Below, one piece after another: positions 53,881-64,000 of a stretch of DNA of 64,000 nt (position 1 is the stretch's first letter; each line of letters begins with the position of its first letter). The notes under the pieces are model-generated. The model was not told where the DNA came from. It searched no databases and worked only from the letters and a program-made list of their open reading frames with translations. Both the position numbers and the translations under genes were made by a program. Source of the stretch: the human T2T-CHM13v2.0 reference genome, Homo sapiens; the NCBI RefSeq assembly GCF_009914755.1, contig NC_060926.1; one strand, given 5' to 3'.

Positions 53881-54462
53881 TTAAACATTTTGTGTTATTT
53901 TTATAAAGAAAAATTTGCAAAATGATTTTCTCTTTATATATATATTTCTTAATGCTACACAAGGCTAATTTTCTATACATGATACTTTTAAAAAATTATT
54001 TTACTTATGTAAGGATGCTCTTTTTGATCACCTACTAATTTGGCTCTATATATGGATTATTAATGCCAGGAAACTTTATGCATTATCTTTCACTGAGTTA
54101 ATTTTGTGGAGCAGAAATAATCTGTTTGTCCTATGATGAAGGGATTTACTATCCTGCTCCCCCTCGAGGGTTTTTCACAATGTACATAAAATGATGTAAG
54201 TTATTTAACAGAAACTTCTGATTACCCATATCATGATTTTCATGCCCATAGATGCAATACTGCAGCATAAACATTTTTTCAGGTGAATAACCTGAAATCC
54301 ACAATGCGTAGATATTTTCCTATTGAAATAAACAGTTCTGTTTCTCTAATATTCCACATTACTTTATAGACAAACACTTTTGACAGATGAAAATAAGAAA
54401 ATAAAATTGTTTTTAAAATTCTTATGCTAAGAAATAGAAGGTAACATTTGTTTAAGTAGGTA

Positions 54463-54620
54463 ATTAGCCAGTCTTGGTGGTACATGCCTGTAATCCCAGC
54501 TACCCGGGAGGCTGAGGCAGGAGAATCGTTTGAACCCAGGAGATGGAGGTTCCCGTGAGCCAAGATCACATCATTCCACTCCAGCCTGGGAAACAAGAAT
54601 GAAACTCCATCTCAAAAAAT
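54463..54620 (+). mobile_element. Alu right arm only (5'-truncated AluS-type)
   Basis: attagccagtcttggtggtacatgcctgtaatcccagctac...actccatctcaaaaa. Confidence 0.9.
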
Positions 54621-55149
54621 ATACATAGGAAAAATATTTATTTAATAATTTTAAAAAATTATTAAAATCAAAGTTATTGTCAATATTAACCAATGAATAC
54701 AAATGTTCTGTAAATTATAAATAATTGTAAAATACATGGTACTATTATTATTAAATTTAATGGACAATAGATTTCTCTACTGAGATATAAAGTTTAGCCA
54801 AATATGAATTTTATTGTGTGACAGACTGTGGATTATGTTCTGTGTTAAATGTTTAAAAAACCTATAGATACTGTATGCTAACCCATATTCCTTTACTAGT
54901 TGTAACTTTGGTTCTCACTTCTTTTTATAGTAAAAATTACATTCAACTACAGTGATAATAATGTGTTGAGTTTATCATAGTAATGAATGTTAAAATGTTC
55001 TGAAATTGACTTTGAGGCAACTTACTTGGATTAACAAATCTCAGAAGAAAAAATATAAAATATTAGGACAGTGGCTATTCTTAATGATATTAGTCCCTTC
55101 TTAATTAAAACTTCCGTGTTGTATAATAATATTTTGATAAAATTCAAAA

Positions 55150-56220
55150 CGCTGAAAATTGCTGGTGAGGATGTGGAGCAACAGGTACTCTCACACGTGG
55201 GGATCAGAAAAAAAGAAACAAATCTGCTCTTTGGAAAATAGGCTGTTTGTAAGTTTTGGGAAGGAAATACATGAGATGAGTTTGGAGCATCATGTAGCGT
55301 CTGAAAATAAGAGATTGTTTTTAAAAAAAAGAAACAGAAGAAATGATAGGATGATGAGGATATGTCAAAGAAACACAGGAGTCAACTGAGAGACCTTCCA
55401 TTGTCTAAAGATGGAACAATCTGGACAACAAAACAGTAGTATTGGTTTATAACCCAAGTTTTAAAATAATAATCCATGAGTTCACATTGATAAAGAAGTG
55501 GTTGAATAAATAGAGGAGAAAAGGTACAACTCCATACAGAAGAATTACAAATAATTTATGTGATACTTTTTGCTATCAACGAGGTGAAGCATGACTCATC
55601 ACTCCTTAAGCATGGGCTATGTATAGACAATTCCAATACAATGTGAAAAGAGTACAATGCTAAGGGAAGAAAAAATTAACTTTGCAGTGGAGAAGCCTGA
55701 TAAACTATCAATCCCAGTGATAGTATATGCTCATGATATGATGAAATGACACTTTACTTCTGAGGACTTCCTCTCCAATACCCATAAATCCAGGCTAATA
55801 ATGATGAGAAAAAAAAAATGATCAGACACATCCCAACAGAAGAACATCCTGCAAAAAAGCTGACTAGTACTACTGAAAATTGTCAAAGCCATTAAAATCT
55901 AAGTTAGTCTGAGAGACTGTCACAGCAAAAAGGATCCTAAGAAGACATGATTACTAAATGTAATATGACATACTGATGGAATCCTGGAACAGGATAAGGA
56001 AATTAGGCAACATTAAGGAAATCTCAATAAATTATAGACTTTTGTCAATGATGCATTAATATTAGTTCATTAATTGTGGCAAGTGCACTAAAAAAAAGAT
56101 ACTAATAATAGGGGAAGATGTGTGTGGTATATAGGGGAAGATGTGTGTGGTATATGGGATCTCTGTACTATCTTTGTGATTTTTCTGTAAATCTAAAACT
56201 GTTCTGAAATTCCTGTTTAT
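55150..56220 (+). mobile_element. L1MC-type 3' remnant
   Basis: gctggtgaggatgtggagcaacagg, aactttgcagtggagaagcctga, atcctggaacag, ctgtactatctttgtgatttttctgtaaatctaaaactgttct. Confidence 0.75.
56108..56153. repeat. 23-bp perfect tandem duplication inside L1MC
   Basis: ataggggaagatgtgtgtggtat x2. Confidence 0.93.
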
Positions 56221-56438
56221 TTTATAAATATTACCAGCTACTTGAGAGATAAATGCTTACCGATTACAGGTTTTTTTTTATTAACACAGAACTCAACATT
56301 TTTAAAAATATAGCTACAAGAATAAGAAAATTAACTGGAGAAACGCCCATTTTTCTTTAGGCCCACCACTAGAAGAAAAAGCATGTTTAGTCTAAAACCT
56401 GGAAGAGAACTGTAGATTCAGAAATATACAAGTGGTAA

Positions 56439-57786
56439 TGTGTCCGGAATTGGTGGGTTCTTGGTCTCACTGACTTCAAGAATGAAGCCGCATACCCTCG
56501 CGGTGAGTGTTACAGCTCTTACAGTGGCGCATCTGGAGTTTGTTCCTTCTGATGTTCGGATGTGTTTGGAGTTTCTTCCTTCTGGTGGGTTCGCATCTCG
56601 CTGGCTCAGAAGTGAAACTGCAGACTTTCGCGGTGTTACAGCTCTTAAGGCGTTACAGCTCTTAAGGTGGCGCATCTGGAGTTGTTCGTTCCTCCTGGTG
56701 AGCTCGTGGTCTCACTGGCTTCAGGAGTGAAGCTGCAGACCTTTGCGGTGAGTGTTACAGCTCATAAAAGCAGTGTGGACCCAAACAGTGAGCAGTAGCA
56801 AGAGTTACAGCACAGAGCAAAAGAACAAAGCTGCCACACTATGGAAGACGACCCCAGCAGGTTGCCACTGCTTCCTCCGGCAGCCTGCTTTTATTCTTAT
56901 CTGGCCCCACCCACATCCTGCTGATTGGTAGAGCCCAGTGGTCTGTTTTGACAGGGCGCTGATTGGTGCGTTTACAATCCCCCAGCTAGACACAAAGGTT
57001 CTCCAAAGCCCCACCAGAGAAGCTAGATACAGAGTGTCCATTGGTGCATTCACAAACCCTGAGCTAGACACAGGGTGCTGATTGGTGTATTTACAATCCC
57101 TGAGCTAGACATAAAGGTTCTCCACCTCCCCACCAGACTCAGAAGCCCAGCTGGCTTCACCTAGTGGATCCCGCACCAGGGCTGCAGGTGGAGCTGCCTG
57201 CCAGTCCGGCACCGTGCCCCCGCACTCCTCAGCTCTTGGGTGGTCGATGGGACTGGGCGCAGTGGAGCAGGGGGTGGCGCTCGTCGGGGAGGTTCGGGCG
57301 GCACAGGAGCCCATGGAGGGGGTGGGAGGCTCAGGCATGGCGGGCTGCAGGTCCCGAGCCCTGCCCCGCGGGAAGGCAGCTAAGGCCCGGTGAGAAATCG
57401 AGCTCAGCGCCGGTGGGCTGGCACTGCTGGGGGACCCAGTACACCCTCCGCAGCCGCTGGCCCCGGGTGCTAAGCCCCTCATTGCCGGGGCAGCAGGGCC
57501 CGCCGGCTCCTCTGAGTGCGGGGCCCGCCAAGCCCACGCCCACCCGGAACTCCAGCTGGCCCGCAAGCGCGGCGCGCAGCCTCGGTTCCGGCTCGCGCCT
57601 CTTCCTCCACACCTCCCTGCAAGCTGAGGGAGCCGGCTCCGGCCTTGGGCAGTCCAGAAAGGAGCTCCCACAGTGCAGCGGTGGGCTGAAAGGCGCCTCA
57701 AGTGCCGCCAAAGTGGGAGCCCAGGCAGAGGAAGCGCCGAGAGCGAGCGAGGGCTGTGAGGACTGCCAGCACGCTGTCACCTCCCG
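56439..57786 (-). mobile_element. Solo LTR12 (LTR12C-like, ERV9/HERV9)
   Basis: Ends match the LTR12 consensus on the minus strand (...ccaattccggacaca; GGTGACAGCGTGCTGGCAG); 4-bp TSD gtaa at 56435-56438 and 57787-57790; tandem CCAAT repeats; CpG-rich U3. Confidence 0.96.
56860..57120 (-). promoter_or_regulatory. LTR12 U3 promoter: repeated CCAAT (NF-Y) boxes and AATAAAA TATA-like box
   Basis: attgg on + at 56924, 56962, 57040 and 57081; ttttatt at 56889-56895. This is the established LTR12 promoter architecture; activity is not shown here. Confidence 0.6.
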
Positions 57787-58329
57787 GTAATAATCAAATC
57801 ATAGTTGAGTACACATTAATTTTATAGGAAGTCCATAGAAATACTAGATTGTTTAAAGTTGCAAAACATTACAAAATGATATTTTACAATACTATTCCAC
57901 AGATTCTATTTCAATTCAAGAGTAGTTTACTGTCTTCCAAGCACCTTGGGAAGTTAAATAAATAGATATGGTACTTAATATGCTTAAAGTCATGTACAGC
58001 AAAAGGCATTTATATACCATTGTGGGGTCATAGATTAAAAATGAAAAAAGTAAAGCTGCTAAAAGTAAATGAATGAAATTTTATTCATTCACAGCAGATG
58101 CCACATAAATATTTTGAGTAGATCAATTTTATTTGTGCAGGGAAATATGAAACTATAAACTTAACACATTATATTTACCCTCAAGAAGATTTTAATTAAG
58201 TTGGGGATATCAGATTTTAGTACTTGAACAACTCAGGAGGAATCAATATAAGGGTCATGGAAAGGCCTTTTAATTTAGGTCACAGTGAATTCTACCTGTT
58301 GATTCTGTTGAGGAAACTACTTGAGGCAA

Positions 58330-58710
58330 GGCCAGGCAAGGATACCCTGTGTCAACAAATGACCCCCATGTACCAGAGGCTAACAATGAAGTTTATTTCT
58401 CACTCACCCTACAAATTCATTCCGAGTTATTGCTATTCTCCTCCAAGGAAGCTCTACACCAAGTAAAAGAAGCTGTCTCTAACTGGGGCATTACTGATCT
58501 TGTGGTAAAGAGAAGCATGGCAAGCCACATGCTGACTCAGCAGTTCTGCTTGGCAGAGTCACATATCACTTCTGCTCAGCAGTGAAGACATATTATTTTG
58601 TTGTCCAAAGTAAGTCACATGCATACTCCTGAGTTCAGCAGAAAAGGTATATAAAGTGGAACAGTACAAGGAGGGAAAGAAAAAGTTGGCCATCAGTAAC
58701 ATAATCCATG
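58330..58710. mobile_element. Old MLT1 (K/L-like) LTR remnant
   Basis: aagtttatttctcactcac...ttctgcttggcagagtcacatatcacttctgctca...ccaaagtaagtcacatg. Confidence 0.5.
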
Positions 58711-58724
58711 ATACATATTAAATG

Positions 58725-58900
58725 CCACCAATACTTACTAACTTTGTGACCTTAGAAAAGTTGCATAATATTTTTATGCCTCCAACTCCTTACCAAGAAA
58801 ATATGAGCAATATTTAGTCATAAAATTAAAGACAAAATGAAAATAAATATGTAAAGCATTTAAAATTAGATGGGTACTGAATAAATGATAGCTATTATTA
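58725..58900 (+). mobile_element. MIR remnant
   Basis: cttactaactttgtgaccttagaaaagtt...atatgtaaagcattt...aataaatgatagctattatta. Confidence 0.6.
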
Positions 58901-59575
58901 TAAATACCAAATGAATGTAAAGCTACTGTTACAGCAATGAGAGTCTTAATGGCTCAACTAAGTTTTAGACAATAATAAAGCATTAAAGATATTAATATAA
59001 AAGGTCTTATAACCTTGTATTTATTTTACCATTTTTAAAATATCATCAAATGATATAATTAAATATTATTTTGATGTATTTTTCAGAATAATTTTATTTG
59101 TCTGTTCCATAAAATATTCTGCAATTTTTAGCTGCCTGTTTGCTCTATATGATATCTTTCATGAAAGTGAGAGTCAATCTTTCCAGGATTGGATGCCTTG
59201 AACTAAATAAATCATAGCAAGACCTACATAATTGAAAACAGAAATATTGGTCTAGAGAAGGGTTTCCCCTGCCATGACAGCCATTAGCATGGTTTTTGAA
59301 ATGGAGCTGTGTCTGCCAAAGGCCTTTGGGCTGAGCGTGGCTAGAGAACCAAGAGTCCCACAAAGTATAATCCAGGTTGTCTTACTGGTAAGCCAAAATC
59401 GCTGTGCTTTTTCTATGGTTTGAAATTTATCTCAAGGAAGATTTCAAACCAAAACCAAACTTGGCTAAAATTCTTAGAAAATATGAGTACTTGGGCAGCT
59501 CAGTTATGCTGAAATGCAAATGGCTGCTGACAGAGTGTCTGTCCAATTTTGGTTCCTTGAGCATGGTAGAGAGAT

Positions 59576-59633
59576 GGAGCAGGAAGTAATTGTATTTGGC
59601 TTAAGGAGCAGGAAGCAATTGTATTTGGCTTAA
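59576..59633. repeat. 29-bp tandem duplication (2 copies, 1 mismatch)
   Basis: ggagcaggaagtaattgtatttggcttaa / ggagcaggaagcaattgtatttggcttaa. Confidence 0.95.
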
Positions 59634-60214
59634 ATGTACTGTCCTTATCTTTTTCCCTTTTGAAAATATGAGTATTTGATTTCCATGACTCTAGTACTCT
59701 CTTCTTTACAAGTACAAAGTCTTTCTCTTTCGCTGGTAAATCTCTTTTCACATTCATATAGTTTTATCTACTTCTACTTGGATTTTATTGAATTCTTACA
59801 TTTATTGCTGTTTTATGTTCTATCTTCTGCCTTTCCATCTAGTTACTAAGCTATTTACTAAACTGCTACAAAGTATATGTTTTGCATCACTTTCATTGTC
59901 TAGCACAGTACTACTATAAATAGAAGGTTATTAGTAAGCATGTGGTTTTTTATGAACTCTCTTGCCTGGTTTACAGTTCTATTTTCACCTATCTTTTCAT
60001 CATTCTTTGATTATTTTGCTGTCGTATGTTAAAAATTATATATTTACTTAAAAGTAATTATGATCTGAGAAAAATATTTGATTAATTTTAACTGAGGTAA
60101 CAGAGGCATTTTTAAATATTTTAGTCAGTCAATGTGGGACCTGGCTAATAAAGGAACAATGAAAATTTGAATGGATTTTACACAGCTTTCTAAAAACCTA
60201 TGTTTGAGGCATTC

Positions 60215-60473
60215 TCAGAGGGTGGAAGGTAAAGGGGAAGCAGGTACATTTTACATGACTGGAGCAAAAGGAAGACAGGGGAGAGGTGCTAGACACTAGA
60301 AACCAGATCTCATGACAACTTTATTATGAGAACAACACTGAATAAATAGTGCTAAACCATTCATGAAGGATCCATTCCCAAGATTCAATCATCTCTGACC
60401 AGGCCCCACCTCCAACATTGTGGATTACCGTTAAATATGAGATTTGGGTGGAGACACAGATCCAAACCATATA
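60215..60473 (-). mobile_element. Partial MST LTR
   Basis: accagatctcatga...gtgctaaaccattcatga...gagatttgggtggagacacagatccaaaccatat; homologous to 11600-11869. Confidence 0.85.
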
Positions 60474-60835
60474 ACCTTCCTACCCACTGCTCTCTCAGAA
60501 TTCAATATTCATAGTTTTTTATTTACTCTCTTGTATAGTTTAATGAATTCAACTTTATTTACTTCAGTGCAATATCTCCAACCCCATATGCCAAGGAACT
60601 ACCTTGGGGTTTTTCTTAGTAACACATTATAAATTTGTCTACCAGGGAAATGACCCAAAACTCAACTGACTCATTGGAACTTGAACTTTGGCCAGGAATT
60701 CATTTATGGCAAGGCCCCAAATACCTTCACTCTAACAGAGGGTCCATGATGATTTCTTGTGTCCAGCTTTCCTCAAAATACTTGGTTATTTTTTTTCTTC
60801 AGTGTACCATTACTAAAGCAATTGGCCATAGATCC

Positions 60836-62953
60836 TGTCTTAATCTGTTTTCTGTTGCTATAACTAAATACCTAAACTTGGGTAATTTATAAAGAAAAAA
60901 AAAATCTACTTCTTACAGTTCTAGAGGCTGAGAAGCCCAAGGCTGAGGAGCTACATTTGGTGAGGGCCTTGTCACTGATGGAGACTCTCTGCAGAGACCT
61001 GAAGTGGCACAGGACATCACATGGCAACAGAGCTCATGACAGACAGCCAGATTGGCATTTTGTAACAGACCCACTCTCATGAGAACTAACCTACTCCCTT
61101 GATGACTCATTGATCCACTAACACATTAATTCATAAATAGATTAATCCATTCATGAGGTCAGTGCCCTCATGATCCAATCACCTCCAAAAGGTCCTCCTC
61201 TGGACACACTAGTGCAGGGTTAGGCACCCAAAGTCTCAGGCGGCCTGACTCCTATAGCTTTTCTGAACGTGGCCCACATTTCAGCTCTCTGGCTGGGGTC
61301 ATAAACTTGTGGCTCTGCAGTTCTGGAGTCGTGGTGGTGGGCCCGCTTTCATGACTACATTAGGCATTACCCTAGCAAGGACACTCTGATGCAGCTCTAA
61401 CCCACATTTAATGCTCATTGCTCAAGTGGAGGTTCTTTGTGGTGGCTCTGCCCCTATAGCAAGTTTCTCTCTGGGCCTCTAAGCAGTCCAATACATCCTT
61501 TGAAATCTCAGTGGAAGCTGCCATGCTTCCACAGTTCTTGCATTTTGTACACCTCTAGAATTAGCAACATGTTTACAGTACCAATGCTTAATTCTAGAGC
61601 CACTGCCCAAGCTGCATCTGAGCCCACTTGAGCCCAAACCTGGCACTGCAAAGGTTTACAGCATTGGCAGCCAAGGAGCACTATGCTGGGATGCTGTGAG
61701 CAGAGTCCCAAAACAGCTTTAGGCAGCAAGCCTGTGAAGGATGCCTGAGCATGATCCACAAATCCATTCTGCCTTCCTAGTTCTCTGCGTCTGTGATGGA
61801 TGGGGAAGCTTTGAAGATCTCTAAAATGCTTTTGAAATCTCCCACTGTTCTGATGAATAACCTCTGACTCCCTTCTATCAGTGCTAATCTGTTTCGCAAG
61901 TGGTTGCTTAGCCACATCCTAACAGGATTTTTTTAATATGGCCAGTCTGTAAATTTTACAAATGTTTACATTCTACTTCCCTTTTAATTACAAATTCTGT
62001 CTTTTAATCATCTGTTTGTTCCCAAAGCTCACTATGAGCAGCCAAATGAACCACACAGCCTCTTTACTGCATAAAATTTTTTTCTGGCAGATATTCTAGC
62101 TTATCATTCTCAAGTTTGACCTTCCACCAAACCCTAGGGTATGAATACAATGCGGCCAAGTTATTTGCTACTTTATAACAAGGATGACCTTTATTCCAGA
62201 CTCCAGTATGTTGTTCTTCTTTTCCATTTGAGGCCTCATCAGAATGTTTTTACTGTCCACCTTTCTATCAGCATTCTGGTCGTGATTATTTAAGTAATCT
62301 CTGAGAAGTTCCAGACTTTCCCTACTTTGCTTGTCTTCTAAGCCATCACCAGAATCAGCCTTAATGTGCCATTTACAGCTTTCTAGGCCTTTTCTAGCTT
62401 TCTCCTTCAAATTCTTCTAGCCTCTGCCCATTATCCAATCCCAAAGATGTGTTCACATTTTCAGGTATTCTTTATTAGCTATACCCCTACTCCTATACCC
62501 CCACTCCTGGTACCAATTTCCTGTCATATGCTGTTTTCTATTAGTATAACCAAATACCAGAAATGGATAATTTATAAAGAAAAGAAATATATTTCTTACA
62601 ATTCTGGAGACTGAAAAGTTTAGGGCCAAAGGACCACATCTGGTGTTAGCCTACTTGCTGGTGAAGACACTTAGTAGAGTTAGTTCCAAGCTGGAACAGG
62701 GCATCTAATGGCAAGGAGGCTGACTAAAAGCAAAATTGGCTTTTATGACAGACCCACTCTTGTGATAACTAACCTAATCCCATAATACCCATCAATCCAT
62801 TAATCTAATAATCCATGAATAGATTAATCCATTCATGTGGGCAGGGACCTTATGACCCAATCAACACTTAAAGGCCACACATATTAATACCATTACATTA
62901 GAGATTAAGTCTCAATATGAGTTTAAGAGGGGACAGATTTTCAAACCATAGCA
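60836..62953 (-). mobile_element. MSTC/MSTD-like MaLR: truncated LTR 60836-~61200, internal region, LTR 62522-62953
   Basis: Two homologous LTRs (tgtc...ctgttttct...taatttataaagaaaa...cttaca; acagacccactct...attaatccattcatg) flank MaLR-like internal sequence; ends aaaccatagca. Confidence 0.82.
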
Positions 62954-63744
62954 AATACTTTTGGAAAAAGTCAAGTAATATCACTATATATATATAACGT
63001 GTGGTGTCACAGAGTCTTTATTCCTGAGGAATTGACCCTTCCTTCAGTCAATCGGCTCTGGTTCTAAAAACTTGCTCAATTCTTGATGCTGGTTAAGAGG
63101 TTATAAATTTTTATTGGAGAAGCTGATTATCTATCCTCGATTTCTCTTGATTGAGTAAAACTATATTGATAGCTATAGATTCGGCAGTACTTTTTCTGGC
63201 TGACCATAGACCATAGTTGTAGACTGAGCAAGACTCTTTTTGGTTAACCATTTACATTGACCATAGGGATGCCATGTTTTGTTGATCATTTCCATAGCTT
63301 TTACCTGTCAAGAACATCTGCCTAAGAGGCCAACTTTGTTGCTCTTTATGATAATGCAGTGCTTTACATTTGATGGCTAACTGCCTCTACTTGACCTCTG
63401 TTTGGAGGTCCTATTATTTTCATTGTTATCTGTAATACCATATTTTCTATCACTTTAGTAAATGGGGTATCCTCTCGGTGATTCTAAGGAACATAGCTGT
63501 TGAATTTTGGGGGCTTACATGCTTTATCTGCTTTAGTAGCACTTCTCTGATCCTTGTATCTTCTTTCACTGTCTATTACAAATGTTCTTTGATTGTATAT
63601 TTTCCTGGAAAAGGCCATCACTTTCTTGAAGCTTCTAAAAACTATCTCATTGGCATGGTGAAATTGTCTAAGTAACAAAATATATGGACCACAGAAGAGC
63701 AATCCCATATCAATAAATTCTTCCTTCTAAAACCTACAATTTCT

Positions 63745-64000
63745 TTCTTTTTTATAATTTTTAATTGATACATAATAATTGTACTTATGCAGTAGAGGAT
63801 ATTTCGATAAATGTATACAATGGGTAATAATCAAATCAGGTAATTAGCATATGTGTCATCTAAAAAAATTTGTCATTTCTTTGTGTTGGGAACATTCAAA
63901 ATTCCTCTAGCTTTTGAAAATATATGATATATTATTAATTATAGTTATACTACAGTGTCATAGAACACTAGAACTTACTCCTGTCTAGCTGTAATTTTGT
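63745..64000 (-). mobile_element. L1MA 3'-end fragment running off the window
   Basis: aattgatacataataattgtac...aatcaaatcaggtaattagcatat...tttgtgttgggaacattcaaaat. Confidence 0.82.

Noticed and set aside
46800-54400. Possible further gene downstream of GULP1
   Set aside because: AT-rich, only short ORFs with no recognisable product, and no consistent exon chain visible; non-coding transcripts cannot be excluded from sequence alone.
56480-57120. Repeated units (gtgttacagctcttaa; ctgattggtgcRtttacaatccc) superficially like a CRISPR array
   Set aside because: These are the known internal tandem repeats of LTR12 U3/U5; no unique spacers of constant length, no cas genes, eukaryotic context.
57105-57790. 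Overlapping 198-, 208- and 149-aa ORFs
   Set aside because: They lie wholly within the GC-rich U3 of LTR12, where stop codons are rare; low-complexity Ala/Gly/Pro/Arg products with no splice or domain evidence.

Overview
Eukaryotic, AT-rich, repeat-dense primate DNA, very probably human: it carries a consensus-like AluYa5 and exons matching human GULP1 as I recall it. The window holds the 3' half of GULP1 (CED-6 homologue, PTB-domain engulfment adaptor) on the + strand. Five constitutive coding exons (20075-20191, 20864-20956, 35099-35237, 38689-38783, 44775-44846) splice in frame to give residues ~134-304, followed by a ~1.9 kb 3'UTR. The rest is intronic or downstream DNA dominated by L1, Alu, MaLR (MST/THE1/MLT1), LTR12, L2, MIR and DNA-transposon remnants. 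Almost all entries in the ORF track are chance ORFs in repeats. I see no prokaryote-style novel system. The most interesting signals are (i) candidate cassette/microexons: an 11-nt frame-switching microexon that swaps the C-terminus, plus 21-nt, 30-nt and 225/255-nt phase-0 exons in the 14-kb intron; (ii) a degenerate copy of one acceptor plus exon start whose AG has become AC; (iii) a young AluYa5; (iv) an antisense-oriented solo LTR12 downstream; and (v) a multi-level nested TE stack. Repeat subfamily names come from recalled consensus motifs, not from a database search.
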